This document shows positions 15,957-25,958 of a stretch of DNA of 40,105 nucleotides, in pieces; within the stretch, counting starts at the first letter, position 1, and each line of letters begins with the position of its first letter. Source of the DNA: Clostridia bacterium (GTDB lineage Bacteria; Bacillota; Clostridia; Christensenellales; UBA1242); contig JAQUUD010000001.1 of assembly GCA_028694075.1 (NCBI GenBank), forward strand, positions 1 to 40,105, in the 5' to 3' direction. Below the pieces are notes generated by a model. It saw nothing but the letters and a program-made list of their open reading frames with translations, did no database searches and was not told where the DNA came from. The position numbers and the translations under genes are program-made.

Positions 15957-16454
15957 TTATATGTCGTCATCATCATCTTTGTCGTCGGATTCATCAGCAT
16001 CAACCTCTTCAAAGTCGTCTTCGTCGGATTCAGAATCTTCGTCATCTTCCCCTGCGTCTTCTTCAAAATCTGCGAATTCAAGGTCAGATTCAATTAAATC
16101 AGCGCCCAAAATATCTTCATCAAGTTCTGAAACAGATGCCATTTCGCCTGTTTCTTCATCTTCTACATAATCTGTTTCGTCACGATTTATATATTCGTCC
16201 CATTCCTGTTCAATGTCTGTGTCATCAACAATGGAATGTTTCCTTTCTTTTAAGCAAGTTGCACACATTATTTCATCAGGTTGGATATAATTTGTTTTAC
16301 AAATCGGACATAACTCCAAATCTAAATCATCAATTAGAAAATCTTTATTGCCGTTCATTTCGGCTTTGCAAACAGAACAATATTTATCTTTTTTTAAACA
16401 ATAATTTAACTCACATCTAGGACATCTGATATAAACAGGTTTTTTATCAGCCAT
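15957..16454 (-). CDS. Double zinc-ribbon protein with a poly-acidic C-terminal tail
   Basis: Two CxxC...CxxC pairs (CPRC..CSVC and CPIC..CATC) are followed by about 90 aa rich in D/E, ending DDKDDDDDI. The RBS is ggaggaaaaATG. Confidence 0.75.
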   Translation of the reverse strand: MADKKPVYIRCPRCELNYCLKKDKYCSVCKAEMNGNKDFLIDDLDLELCPICKTNYIQPDEIMCATCLKERKHSIVDDTDIEQEWDEYINRDETDYVEDEETGEMASVSELDEDILGADLIESDLEFADFEEDAGEDDEDSESDEDDFEEVDADESDDKDDDDDI

Positions 16455-16546
16455 TTTTCCTCCAAAAGTTATAGCTTGATTTTATCTTTAATATTATTTT
16501 AATTTTTAAAACTTATTCTTTGTTTTCTAAATTTTTAATTTAAGTT

Positions 16547-17929
16547 CTATTCTTCGGTTTCTTCTGGCATATCTTGTTCATCTAAAAATCCAACCAATTC
16601 AATTATGCCATCATTCCCGCGTTCTGCATTTCTTACATCTGCTCTATGCATATAATATGTTCCGGTGCTATTTACTTCACTTGTTTTATAAAAATATACA
16701 TATTTTCCATCAAATCCAATATTAGTTGTTTTAAAACTTTCACAAAGAGCCACAGTTTGAACAACTTTGTCTAAAACAGAAATTCTGTAAATCCCCTCAT
16801 TTTCAACAGCGTAATAAACATAATCGTTATAAGCAAATAAAATTTCAATTGCACTTCCAACAAGCAAATTGCTTTCAGAAAAATCTTTGCTTCCACTTTG
16901 AAGGCAATAAGTTTTATTAACATTATCAGTTGAAACTGCGAATATATAATATGTTCTATCATTAGAATTTGATTTTAAACTCAAAAAATTGTTTACTGTG
17001 ATGTTATCAATCGGGTTAGAAATTTTTACAGCCGTAGAAAAAGCACCACTTGAATATGAATAATAATATGTCAAACTATCAGAGTCATTCATTGTGAAAT
17101 GCAAATTTCCATTCACAACGCTAACTGGCGTTATTGTCTTATTTGAATAACCTATTTCATTCATTAATGTTGAAATGCCAGTTGTTATATCAAGTTTATA
17201 AATATAAGTTCCAGTTTGCCCTAAATTTATTAATTCGTCGCTAATATCAGTTGTGTAATAAATATATTTGTCATTTTCTTCTGCGACAGTTTTTGCAAAA
17301 ACCACATTTTTAATTTCAGTTGCAATTGTTTCTGCTCTGCCAATTGAATTGCCCAGTTCAATTTTAACAACTGAGGTTCCATCTTGAAAAATCAAATAAT
17401 TTTTATTTTCAACCTTTAAAATTGTTTGATTTGAAACTTCGGTTTCAGTTGTATAAATTTCAGATAAATTTGTACCATCGGTCTTAACACGAAAATATGT
17501 TGTTAATTCAAACTTATCTGCTGAACTCATATCTTTGCGAGAGTTCGGCGATGCAAAATATATATAATCGTTAATGCTGAATAAAAAAGTATGGTCACTG
17601 CCTAAAACCTTTGAAAGGACAAGTTCAACATTCTCCGGCATATTTGTTTCTTCATCATATTCAATTTTATTGTCAACCAGTTTAACACGATAAAGTGCCT
17701 CATTTATTACATTTCCTATGTCATTATCATTCTTTGTAAGTGAAGAGAAAGATTTAAAAGCGTTTGCAAAATAAATATACTCTTCATATGCCAAAGCATC
17801 GCCTGTTGTGACCATTTCGGCTGTTACAGTGGGAGCCGTTAAAAGTGGCTGAGCACAACCATAAAATGTCATAATTGAAACTATAAAACAAGCCAAAAAT
17901 GAAAATATTATTTTTATTGTTTTTTTCAT
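16547..17929 (-). CDS. Lipoprotein with beta-propeller-like repeats (DUF5050-like)
   Basis: Signal peptide with lipobox (TFYGC). It has repetitive Y/N/T-rich beta-strand modules (YIYF, YIYY, YVYY, YVYFY). The domain assignment is tentative. Confidence 0.7.
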   Translation of the reverse strand: MKKTIKIIFSFLACFIVSIMTFYGCAQPLLTAPTVTAEMVTTGDALAYEEYIYFANAFKSFSSLTKNDNDIGNVINEALYRVKLVDNKIEYDEETNMPENVELVLSKVLGSDHTFLFSINDYIYFASPNSRKDMSSADKFELTTYFRVKTDGTNLSEIYTTETEVSNQTILKVENKNYLIFQDGTSVVKIELGNSIGRAETIATEIKNVVFAKTVAEENDKYIYYTTDISDELINLGQTGTYIYKLDITTGISTLMNEIGYSNKTITPVSVVNGNLHFTMNDSDSLTYYYSYSSGAFSTAVKISNPIDNITVNNFLSLKSNSNDRTYYIFAVSTDNVNKTYCLQSGSKDFSESNLLVGSAIEILFAYNDYVYYAVENEGIYRISVLDKVVQTVALCESFKTTNIGFDGKYVYFYKTSEVNSTGTYYMHRADVRNAERGNDGIIELVGFLDEQDMPEETEE

Positions 17930-18273
17930 ATAATCTCCGTTAGAATTAAATTCGCCTGAAAAATAAATAATTCAATTATTTTTAAATTGCTTTCATAAGA
18001 ATATCATTAATGAAATTCAATGTCAACTAATTTAAATTAAAATTTTAATTTTTCCACTCAGGCAAAGACATATTTAAAATTTTTTTTAAAACCCTTATAA
18101 TGATTTTAATAAAATTAGACAAGAATATCTTATTACAAATTGACTAAGAAACATTTATCCTATTTTATCAAAATAAGTAATTAAAATTCAACTTTAATAT
18201 CAAATTAAAAAATTTTTATATATTTAAAAAATTTAATCACATTTAATTAAACTGCTTAGAATTAAATAAAATC

Positions 18274-19242
18274 TTACATACTTCGGTCTTCGGTTAAATC
18301 ATTTTGTTTTTCAAACGCTGTTTTAGTTCTTCTAGTATATCTATTAATATCTTGACTTATTTTATATTTTATGTAACTCGTATTAAAACTTTTAACTAAA
18401 TCTGTATATCTTATTTTATAAAATTCTTTTTCCTGATTTGTTTTTGATTGTTTTATTCGTTCATTGCAAATTTTTTTCATATCCGTGGGAAGTCTTTCTA
18501 ATAATTCCTTATTTTCAAAAATATCAAACAACCATTTAATTGGAGAAATTTCTTTGCTTACGTTTCTTTTAACATTGCAAAACAAACCCGGGAAAAAGCA
18601 ATCAGACAAAAGATTGATATATGAACTTTCTTTTTCCGTGAAATAATCAATACATTTTGGATATTTTGCTATCATATCAACCATAAAATCAACATTTTTC
18701 CTTAATTTTTCTGGAACGGAAAGCATTGCAATAGGATCCTTTTTGATTGCTATTTCCATAACTTCGGGATCTTTCAAAAAATTATGTACAGCATAATGAC
18801 AACCATTTTCAATGGCAAAAATGCAAAAGTCTTTATCTGATTGAAGTTTTCCAGCAATAATAAAAGCATTAGGGCTGACTTTTATAAGGTTTTTGGCAAA
18901 TTCAATATCATTTTCAAGCAGTCTGCTGTCAATAAACAATAATGCACGTTCATCATAACCAACCGCCTTCAACATAACATTTTTATGTCTATTAAATTGG
19001 ATATTAAGGAAAAATCCAAGTTTTATTTTTTTTTGTTTTGATTTATCATTGTAAATTCCTGAGAAAGAATTGTCAATTAGTGGGAAATGATAATTTCTAT
19101 TGATTTGTTTTATTTGCTCTGATTTTTTTCTTAAATTTTCTTCGGTTAAAATCTTGCCTACTCTTTCTAAAACTTTTTCTAAAATGGCTTCTTCTTTTTC
19201 GGTTAATATTATTTGCTCTTTTTCATCTATTTCATTTTCCAT
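18274..19242 (-). CDS. DUF4116-like repeat protein
   Basis: 322 aa with RBS aaaaggagaatttaATG. It has repeats of the type ..SPNAFIIAG..SDKDFCIFAIENGCHYAVHNFLKDPEVMEIAIKKDPIAMLSVPEKLRKNVDF, as in DUF4116. Confidence 0.7.
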   Translation of the reverse strand: MENEIDEKEQIILTEKEEAILEKVLERVGKILTEENLRKKSEQIKQINRNYHFPLIDNSFSGIYNDKSKQKKIKLGFFLNIQFNRHKNVMLKAVGYDERALLFIDSRLLENDIEFAKNLIKVSPNAFIIAGKLQSDKDFCIFAIENGCHYAVHNFLKDPEVMEIAIKKDPIAMLSVPEKLRKNVDFMVDMIAKYPKCIDYFTEKESSYINLLSDCFFPGLFCNVKRNVSKEISPIKWLFDIFENKELLERLPTDMKKICNERIKQSKTNQEKEFYKIRYTDLVKSFNTSYIKYKISQDINRYTRRTKTAFEKQNDLTEDRSM

Positions 19243-19526
19243 TAAATTCTCCTTTTTTTAAAACATTGTTTTATTTTCATAAATTCAAAATATTTATTAA
19301 ATATTCCAATTATTCTATTTTTGCTTTGATTTGTGTTTGTTCATTACTCGTTTTGTTTAAATTTATCCTACAACTTGCATATAAATATATTACTTAAATT
19401 CAACAAATTAATAAATTTTTTTAAGTTTATAATACCACAATTTCTAAAAATGTCAATAATAAAAAATTTCAAAAATTCTTCAATAAACTGAAAAAAATTT
19501 GGGTTTGTATTTATTAAATTTCAAAA

Positions 19527-19572
19527 AAACCAGCCCGCCCGCTCGCGACAAGTTAATGCACACTCGCCAATT
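19527..19572. repeat. Solo GC-rich repeat core in inverted orientation
   Basis: ccagcccgcccgctcgcgac carries the reverse complement of GCGAGCGGGCGGG. It lies upstream of a + strand gene. Confidence 0.5.
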
Positions 19573-19787
19573 CTTCTAATTTTAACTCGATCATTTTTTT
19601 AATAATGATATTTCCAATTTGTCAGTAATTAAAAATATTCAAATTGAGTAATTTATTAAATATTTTAATAATTTTCAATATTTTAGTTAACTTATAAAAT
19701 TAATTCGTATAAAATCGCTTATATTAATAATGCTAATTATATCTATATTAAATTATTTGCTAGTATAAAAAATTACTAAGCTTTCAG

Positions 19788-19816
19788 TTGACTTATGCAG
19801 AATAATGGATTATTAT
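19788..19816 (+). promoter_or_regulatory. Putative sigma-A promoter for the 19871 gene
   Basis: TTGACT-17 nt-TATTAT, about 55 nt upstream of the start codon. Confidence 0.45.
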
Positions 19817-19870
19817 AAAATAATTTGTAATGCATATTTTAATTAATATAAAAAATGGAGGATTTACAAA

Positions 19871-21175
19871 ATGTTTATGTCAAATAAAGGAATGCAAAAA
19901 CTTATTGCAAGCGGAATCGCATTGCTTATGTCGTTGACAGCACTGTTTGTGACAGCTTGGGCAATTTTAAGCACTGAAAAAGTGGGTTTGAGTGTTAATA
20001 TATCTTTTGACCCAGCAGTCACCACCAAAGTCTATTTGGCAACGGACAGTAGTTCGGCGGTGGATTTCAAACAACCGAATTCAACTGTAACTGCTGAAAA
20101 CTTTGCAAAAGCAAATTCAGCTTTGATTTTAGACACCAAAGATGGAAACTCACTTCAAAAAGACGCATTTGAACTATTGGGTGCGGACAATGGTTTGAAA
20201 TGCGATGCAAACGGCGAAATGGAGTTTTATGTTTTTGTTGAAAATTACAGCGAAACTGAGAGCGTCTATTATCGTGCAAATATAAACTTTGTTGGCACGG
20301 GCGAACAAGTTGCACCATTTAGCACAGTAACTAACCCTAGTTTTGAAACCGCCGGAACTGCCTTGGGAGTTGAAAGCCCTTCCATAAGCCTGCTTATCTT
20401 TAAAATTCTATCTGATAGTGACACGGGATTAAACGCAAACACAATTCAAATTGAGATTGATTTATCTACATCATTCGCTTCAATATTGGGTTTAGCACAA
20501 TATACTTCTGGAAATTATAGTGGGCTTTTTTATATTGACATGGGGGAATATCCACAAACACAAGAAATAAACACTGAAATAATATCAGGTATAACTGGTG
20601 AACCCGATGCAAATAATTATTATACAAGTTCAGTAAATGGAGAAAAATATGCTAGAAGAGGCACCGATCCAAATTATACTTACTATTTAGTCGAACCAGT
20701 AAGATGGCTTGTTATAGGAAATAGCGGAACTTATGCTGATTTTCCTAATAAAAACTTTGATACTTTAGGATCTAACCAACTGCTCTTAATTAGCGAAAAT
20801 TTAATATCTGCATCAACTTATAGTGTCAATTTAAATAATCCATTAGGAAATACAATATTTAGTGATTTAGAAAAAAATAAATTAAGCAAGTTCGGAAATA
20901 ATCAATATCTTTACTCGTTGTCAAAAGACACAGAAGGTTATCCATATAGAATCGATTATTATTTAACTGTAAATCAAAGTAGATGTTCACCAACAGCATA
21001 TGCTTCTTCAATATTAAATTTATATGCTTCTGATAGATTTTGGGTACAAAGTCAAAATTATGCAGCAACGCTGAAAAAATATGCAATTCATAGTAATATG
21101 GGAACCTATTATTCTTCTGTTTCTGAAACTACTAATATTCTTTTAGTTCGCTCTACAATCATTTTAAATTTTTAA
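19871..21175 (+). CDS. Secreted or anchored protein: conserved N-terminal beta-rich domain plus DUF6273-like C-terminal domain (paralogue 1)
   Basis: RBS ggaggatttacaaaATG and signal anchor MQKLIASGIALLMSLTALFV. The N-terminal ~200 aa are highly similar to the 23759 gene. The C-terminus has EPVRWLVIGN, NQLLLISE, RFWVQS and VRSTIILNF, resembling the DUF6273 motifs W.VL, LLLS, WWLRS and GVRPA. Confidence 0.8.
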   Translation: MFMSNKGMQKLIASGIALLMSLTALFVTAWAILSTEKVGLSVNISFDPAVTTKVYLATDSSSAVDFKQPNSTVTAENFAKANSALILDTKDGNSLQKDAFELLGADNGLKCDANGEMEFYVFVENYSETESVYYRANINFVGTGEQVAPFSTVTNPSFETAGTALGVESPSISLLIFKILSDSDTGLNANTIQIEIDLSTSFASILGLAQYTSGNYSGLFYIDMGEYPQTQEINTEIISGITGEPDANNYYTSSVNGEKYARRGTDPNYTYYLVEPVRWLVIGNSGTYADFPNKNFDTLGSNQLLLISENLISASTYSVNLNNPLGNTIFSDLEKNKLSKFGNNQYLYSLSKDTEGYPYRIDYYLTVNQSRCSPTAYASSILNLYASDRFWVQSQNYAATLKKYAIHSNMGTYYSSVSETTNILLVRSTIILNF

Positions 21176-21409
21176 ATAAGAATACAAACAAACTCCAGTT
21201 AAAATATTTTGCAGGAATTTGTTATTTAAATAAATTAGTTATAATAAATTATTTGCAAAAAGTATTTCGTCGGAGTTATGTTTTAAATAAATTCTTAAAA
21301 TAATTATTTTATAGAACTATCTTTATTAAGTTTAATTCGACAAAAAACTGATAGCAAAAAAATTTCATAGTTTTAGTAATTTTGATAATAGTTTTTTAAA
21401 GAAAGATAT

Positions 21410-21503
21410 TTCGCCGGCAGAGGTTGGCTTTGAAAAAGCCAACGCAAACACGAAAGTGTTTGCTGGGATTTGAGATTTTCTCAAATCCCGCTCTGCCGGC
21501 GAA
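21410..21503. repeat. Nested perfect palindrome: 13-bp closing stem enclosing three hairpins
   Basis: Closing stem ttcgccggcagag (21410..21422) pairs with ctctgccggcgaa (21491..21503). Arms are gttggcttt-gaa-aaagccaac, gcaaacac-gaaa-gtgtttgc and gggatttgaga-ttt-tctcaaatccc. A T-rich tract follows on the + strand. Confidence 0.88.
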
Positions 21504-21767
21504 TTTTATTTTATAACTAAACTTTTCAATTCACTTCTTAATTAAACTAAACTGATTTTAAAAAAGCAATGAATAATGTTAAACAATATAGAGTTTTTTA
21601 TTCGCTAACGAATATTATAATTCATTTCTTCTTAACTAAATTATATTATATCAAATAAAATTTAATATAAAAAATCAACAAGCCTTTTATTCTAGCCTAT
21701 CCACTAATAAAATCTTAATTGTTCTTGATTAGAATTTAACATTTATAAGTTGGTTAAGTCTATGTGT

Positions 21768-22181
21768 TTATTTAATATCCGAATTATCTTCTTTCTTCTT
21801 GTTTTCTTTGTCCAAGCGGGAGTAATAATTTTCGACGGTGGCTTTGATTGCTTCTTCAACAAAAATTGCACAGTAGATTTTGTTAAGTGGCAATTTGCCG
21901 AGTGCGCTTATTATATCAAAATCTTTTATTTGCAAAACTTCTTCCAATGTTTTATCTTTGACCAGTTCGCAAGCAACATTTGCCGAAGCGATTGTAACAG
22001 GGCAACCGAAAACCTTAAAGCGAGCATCTTCAACGACTTTTGTTTCGTCATCAACTTTGAAATAAAGTTTGACAACTTCCCCACTTGCATCATTTTTTAT
22101 GTTACAAACAGCATTCGCGCCATGCAGTCCGCCGGCGTTTTTTGGCTTCACAAAATTTATTGTAACTCTTTCGTCATACAT
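21768..22181 (-). CDS. nifU: Fe-S cluster assembly scaffold NifU/IscU
   Basis: GANAVCNIKND...ARFKVFGCPVTIASANVACELVKDKTLEEVL has the IscU-type three-Cys layout. The RBS is cggagaataaaATG. Confidence 0.9.
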   Translation of the reverse strand: MYDERVTINFVKPKNAGGLHGANAVCNIKNDASGEVVKLYFKVDDETKVVEDARFKVFGCPVTIASANVACELVKDKTLEEVLQIKDFDIISALGKLPLNKIYCAIFVEEAIKATVENYYSRLDKENKKKEDNSDIK

Positions 22182-22233
22182 TTTATTCTCCGTTCTTCGT
22201 TCATGTTACTTAATATAAAATTAAGTCCCCATT

Positions 22234-23430
22234 TTATTTTTTATTATCTTGTTTTTTTGCTCTGCCTGTTTTTGTTAGCGGAGATATATTCCTTAATTTT
22301 TCAACGGCCGAAACCAGTTTTTCAATAACATAATCAACTTTTGCTTTTGTTATAGATTTACCAAAAGAAAAGCGAATTGAACCACGGGCAAGTTCTTCAT
22401 CAAGCCCGATTGCTTTCAAAACATGCGACAACTCAGTTGAACCCGAAGCACAAGCCGAGCCAGTTGAAACTGAAATGCCGTCTAAATCTAAAAGCATCAA
22501 AATTGATTCGCCTTCAATCATTTCAAAAGCAAGGTTAACTATGCTTTGAACTTTTTGTTGTGCATGTCCGTTTAAGTGAATATAAGGGATTTTTTCGGTT
22601 ACCTTCTCCAAAAAATATGTTCTTATTGCTTTAAGTTTTTGTTGATTTACGCTTAAATCTCGCCCTGCAATTTCAACCGCCTTGCCAAAACCTGCGATTG
22701 CTGGAACATTAAGCGTTCCGCCACGCTTTCCACGCTCCTGACTTCCGCCGTCAATCAAGTTGTCAATCTTTATTCCGTTTTTAATATACAATGCGCCAAC
22801 GCCTTTTGGTCCATAAACCTTATGGGCGCTCATTGTCATTACATCAATTTCCATATCCTGAACATTTATCATTAAGTTGCCAAGTGCTTGAGTAGCATCA
22901 GTGTGAAAAATAATGCCACTTTCGTGTGCGGTTTTTGCAATTGCTTTAATGTTTTGAATTGTGCCGATTTCATTGTTCACGGACATTATCGAAATCAAAA
23001 TAGTTTCTTTTTTTATTTGGTGCATCAAATCTGCAATACTTACGAGTCCGTGCTGGTCAACTGGCAAATATGTTATCTTAAAGCCCAATTTTTCCAGACA
23101 TTTACAACTTGCCAAAACAGAATCATGCTCAATTGAAGAAGTAATAATGTGATTCCCCTTATCTCTATTTGCACTTGCAATTCCTTTTATAGCCCAATTA
23201 TTTGCTTCAGTGCCACCGCTTGTGAAATATATTTCGTTTGATTTTTCTGCATTAATTACATTTGCAATTCTATCTCTTGCCCTGTCCACAATTCCAATGG
23301 CTTCTCTGCCGAATTTATGAACACTGCTTGAATTTCCATAAATCGTGTTAAAACACGGAAGCATTTCATTTAAAACTTCACCGGAAACATATGTTGTTGC
23401 TGCGTTGTCAAGATAAATTTTTTCATCCAT
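22234..23430 (-). CDS. nifS: Cysteine desulfurase NifS/IscS
   Basis: Class V aminotransferase fold with the PLP lysine in SAHKVYGPKGVGALY and the active-site loop SVSTGSACASG. Confidence 0.93.
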   Translation of the reverse strand: MDEKIYLDNAATTYVSGEVLNEMLPCFNTIYGNSSSVHKFGREAIGIVDRARDRIANVINAEKSNEIYFTSGGTEANNWAIKGIASANRDKGNHIITSSIEHDSVLASCKCLEKLGFKITYLPVDQHGLVSIADLMHQIKKETILISIMSVNNEIGTIQNIKAIAKTAHESGIIFHTDATQALGNLMINVQDMEIDVMTMSAHKVYGPKGVGALYIKNGIKIDNLIDGGSQERGKRGGTLNVPAIAGFGKAVEIAGRDLSVNQQKLKAIRTYFLEKVTEKIPYIHLNGHAQQKVQSIVNLAFEMIEGESILMLLDLDGISVSTGSACASGSTELSHVLKAIGLDEELARGSIRFSFGKSITKAKVDYVIEKLVSAVEKLRNISPLTKTGRAKKQDNKK

Positions 23431-23758
23431 ATTACTTAAAGTTCCTTTATTTTGTATTAATTATTATATCTTTTATTAAAAACAATGTCAACAGTGGTTT
23501 TTGAAAGAAATTTTAATTTTAGACACAAAAGCAAAAATTTGTAAAAAAAGTTCTTGAAATTGAAATTTGAGTAGACTTTTGCAAAATTTTGTGATATTTT
23601 TATATAAAGAACAAATAATAAAGTAAAATGACAAACAATACATAGATAGATATAACAAAAAAATTAATTAATATAAAAATTAAACGAAAATGTTAGGATA
23701 ATAAATATAAAACATAAGTTTTGATTAAAAAATATAAAAACTTAAAATGGAGTATTTA

Positions 23759-25114
23759 ATGATAAGATTTAATAAAGGAATGCAAAAACTTATTGCAAGC
23801 GGGCTGGTTATTATTTTTTGTTGTATAACTTTGTTTGCAGGAATACTTGCAATATTGAGTAATACTAAAATGGGGCTAAGCGTTAATGTGTCATTTGATT
23901 CAGCGGTAACCGCCAAGGTTTATCTTGCTACAAATAGTAATACTGATATAAATTTTAAGCAACCAAATGATTCTGTTACTGCTGAAAATTTTGCAAAACC
24001 AAATTCTGCCATAATTTTTAATACATATAACATTGACACAAATGGTGGAAAAACAAAAACTTCGTTTGAGCAGTTAGGCGCTAATGAAGACTTGGGCTTA
24101 AAATGCGATGCCAACGGCGAAATGGAATTTTATGTTTATGTGGAAAATTACAGCACCACGGAAATTATTTATTATCGGGCGAATATTGACTTTGTTGGCA
24201 CGGGCGAACAAAGTGCACCTTTTAGCACAGCAACCAATCCTTTCTACGAAACTGCCGATACTGCTGTGGAAGTGAACGACCCTTCAATAAGCCTGCTAAC
24301 ATTTAAAATCAGTTCGGATAATGCCACAGGTATAACTGCAAATGCAATCAGAATTGAAATTGATTTACAAACGGAATTACCTTGGGAGTGGTTAGGTGTA
24401 ACGGGCAAATATACTTCAGGCAGTTATAACGGGCTTTATTATGTCGATTTTGGCGAATATCCACAAAGTTTATATGGAACCACACAGCCAACTGGAACAA
24501 TTTATAATTCCACTTCAGGATATTATGAGAATCTTGAAACAGGTAAAAAATATGAATTATATAGTACTAAATACTATAATGTTGAACCTGTTAGATGGCT
24601 TGTTATTGGAAATGGTAATAATTATAATAATGCTAATTTAGGATTTCCAAATATAAATTCTGATAATCTGGCATCGAATCAACTGCTTTTGTTCAGTGAA
24701 AAAATTATTGCAGGCTCTACATATGGTAGTGGGGCTAATGTTTTATGGACGAATGTAAGTTTATATAGCACCTTATCTAATATGAAAGACAAAATGTTTA
24801 GTCCGGAAACAAATTTGGGAACATTCGATGATGGTTCACAATTATCCATTTTATCTTCCACCATGCTATCTTATAAATATTCTAATTATTATTCAGGAGC
24901 ATTAGCTTTAGCATTAACTTGCACTAAAACCAGCTGGGCAACTACAATTGGCTTTGATCTTGCAGAATATTATTGGCTTAGGCGAGTACAAACATCAGCT
25001 GTTTTTTCGGGTTATACTTATACAGATGGTGCAAGATATACTACCGGAGCCGTTAGTGAAATTCGCACCACTTATGTTGCAGGTATTCGCCCGATTATTA
25101 TTTTAAATGTTTAA
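23759..25114 (+). CDS. Secreted or anchored protein: conserved N-terminal beta-rich domain plus DUF6273-like C-terminal domain (paralogue 2)
   Basis: The start is taken at ATG 23759 (ggagtatttaATG). The ORF track begins at 23747, inside the RBS. It contains EPVRWLVIGN, NQLLLFSE, YYWLRR and AGIRPIIILNV. Confidence 0.8.
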   Translation: MIRFNKGMQKLIASGLVIIFCCITLFAGILAILSNTKMGLSVNVSFDSAVTAKVYLATNSNTDINFKQPNDSVTAENFAKPNSAIIFNTYNIDTNGGKTKTSFEQLGANEDLGLKCDANGEMEFYVYVENYSTTEIIYYRANIDFVGTGEQSAPFSTATNPFYETADTAVEVNDPSISLLTFKISSDNATGITANAIRIEIDLQTELPWEWLGVTGKYTSGSYNGLYYVDFGEYPQSLYGTTQPTGTIYNSTSGYYENLETGKKYELYSTKYYNVEPVRWLVIGNGNNYNNANLGFPNINSDNLASNQLLLFSEKIIAGSTYGSGANVLWTNVSLYSTLSNMKDKMFSPETNLGTFDDGSQLSILSSTMLSYKYSNYYSGALALALTCTKTSWATTIGFDLAEYYWLRRVQTSAVFSGYTYTDGARYTTGAVSEIRTTYVAGIRPIIILNV

Positions 25115-25304
25115 ACATTATAATATTATGCAATTGCCAAATCCTTGCAGGATAAGAATTGTTTTTAAACAGGCTAGATTTTATTAAAAATTATTTTCGC
25201 AGGAAATTTAATAAAATCAATTATTTATAAATAACAATTTTGTAAGCGAAAATTTAAAACGGCAATCAAATTCGGTAGCATATATTGCACTTTTACATTG
25301 CAAA

Positions 25305-25345
25305 CAATAAAATAAGTTTCGACTAAGCCGAAACTTATTTTGTTA
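25305..25345. terminator. Bidirectional rho-independent terminator (hpf and the 23759 gene)
   Basis: A 13-bp stem aaaataagtttcg/cgaaacttatttt (25309..25321 with 25329..25341) has loop actaagc and T/A runs on both sides. Confidence 0.75.
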
Positions 25346-25378
25346 ATATTAAATGGCAATTTTTTTAACGCAATTCAA

Positions 25379-25909
25379 CTAAACATTACATTCAATAATG
25401 CCGAGGCGGTTGTCGTTGCGGTTATATAAGATGTTAACTTTGCCAGTTTCGACATTAAGGAACACATAAAAAGTATGCCCTACTGCTTCCATATAATCTT
25501 TTGCATCTTCAATTGTTATCGGATCCAAATTAAACACTTTCTTTTTTATTATTTCTTTGTTTATTTCTTCTGGCTTTTTATCCAGGAATAGCAAATCTGA
25601 ATAATCAATTGCAATATTTCTGAACTTATCACGCTTTTTCTCAAATTCCTTAATTACTTGTCTTTCAATTTTCGGCAAAGCAAAATCAATATTTTCATAC
25701 ATATTTTCGCCTACAACTTCCGCCCTATAAAGCAAACCTTTATTTGTTACAGTAACTTCAAGTTTGTTTGTTTTATTTTCCTGTTTGCAAACAACTCGTG
25801 CAATTCCATCTTTTCCAAAATATCTGTCCAATTTGGATATTTTCTTATTAATAATATCCCTTAATTTATCACTTATTTCATAATTTTTTTCTGTTAATTC
25901 TATTTTCAT
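25379..25909 (-). CDS. hpf: Ribosome hibernation promoting factor, long form
   Basis: N-terminal S30AE domain (MKIELTEKNYEISDKLRDIINKKISKLDRYF) and C-terminal dimerisation domain (PITIEDAKDYMEAVGHTFYVFLNVETGKVNILYNRNDNRLGII). Confidence 0.92.
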   Translation of the reverse strand: MKIELTEKNYEISDKLRDIINKKISKLDRYFGKDGIARVVCKQENKTNKLEVTVTNKGLLYRAEVVGENMYENIDFALPKIERQVIKEFEKKRDKFRNIAIDYSDLLFLDKKPEEINKEIIKKKVFNLDPITIEDAKDYMEAVGHTFYVFLNVETGKVNILYNRNDNRLGIIECNV

Positions 25910-25958
25910 TTTTATCTCCTATTTTTTATTTGTTTTTTTATTTATTATTTTAATTTAA

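Noticed and set aside
21750-22328. 192-aa + strand ORF
   Set aside because: It is antisense to the well-supported nifU and to the 3' end of nifS. Its composition is Phe/Ile/Cys-rich, as is typical of antisense frames in AT-rich genes.
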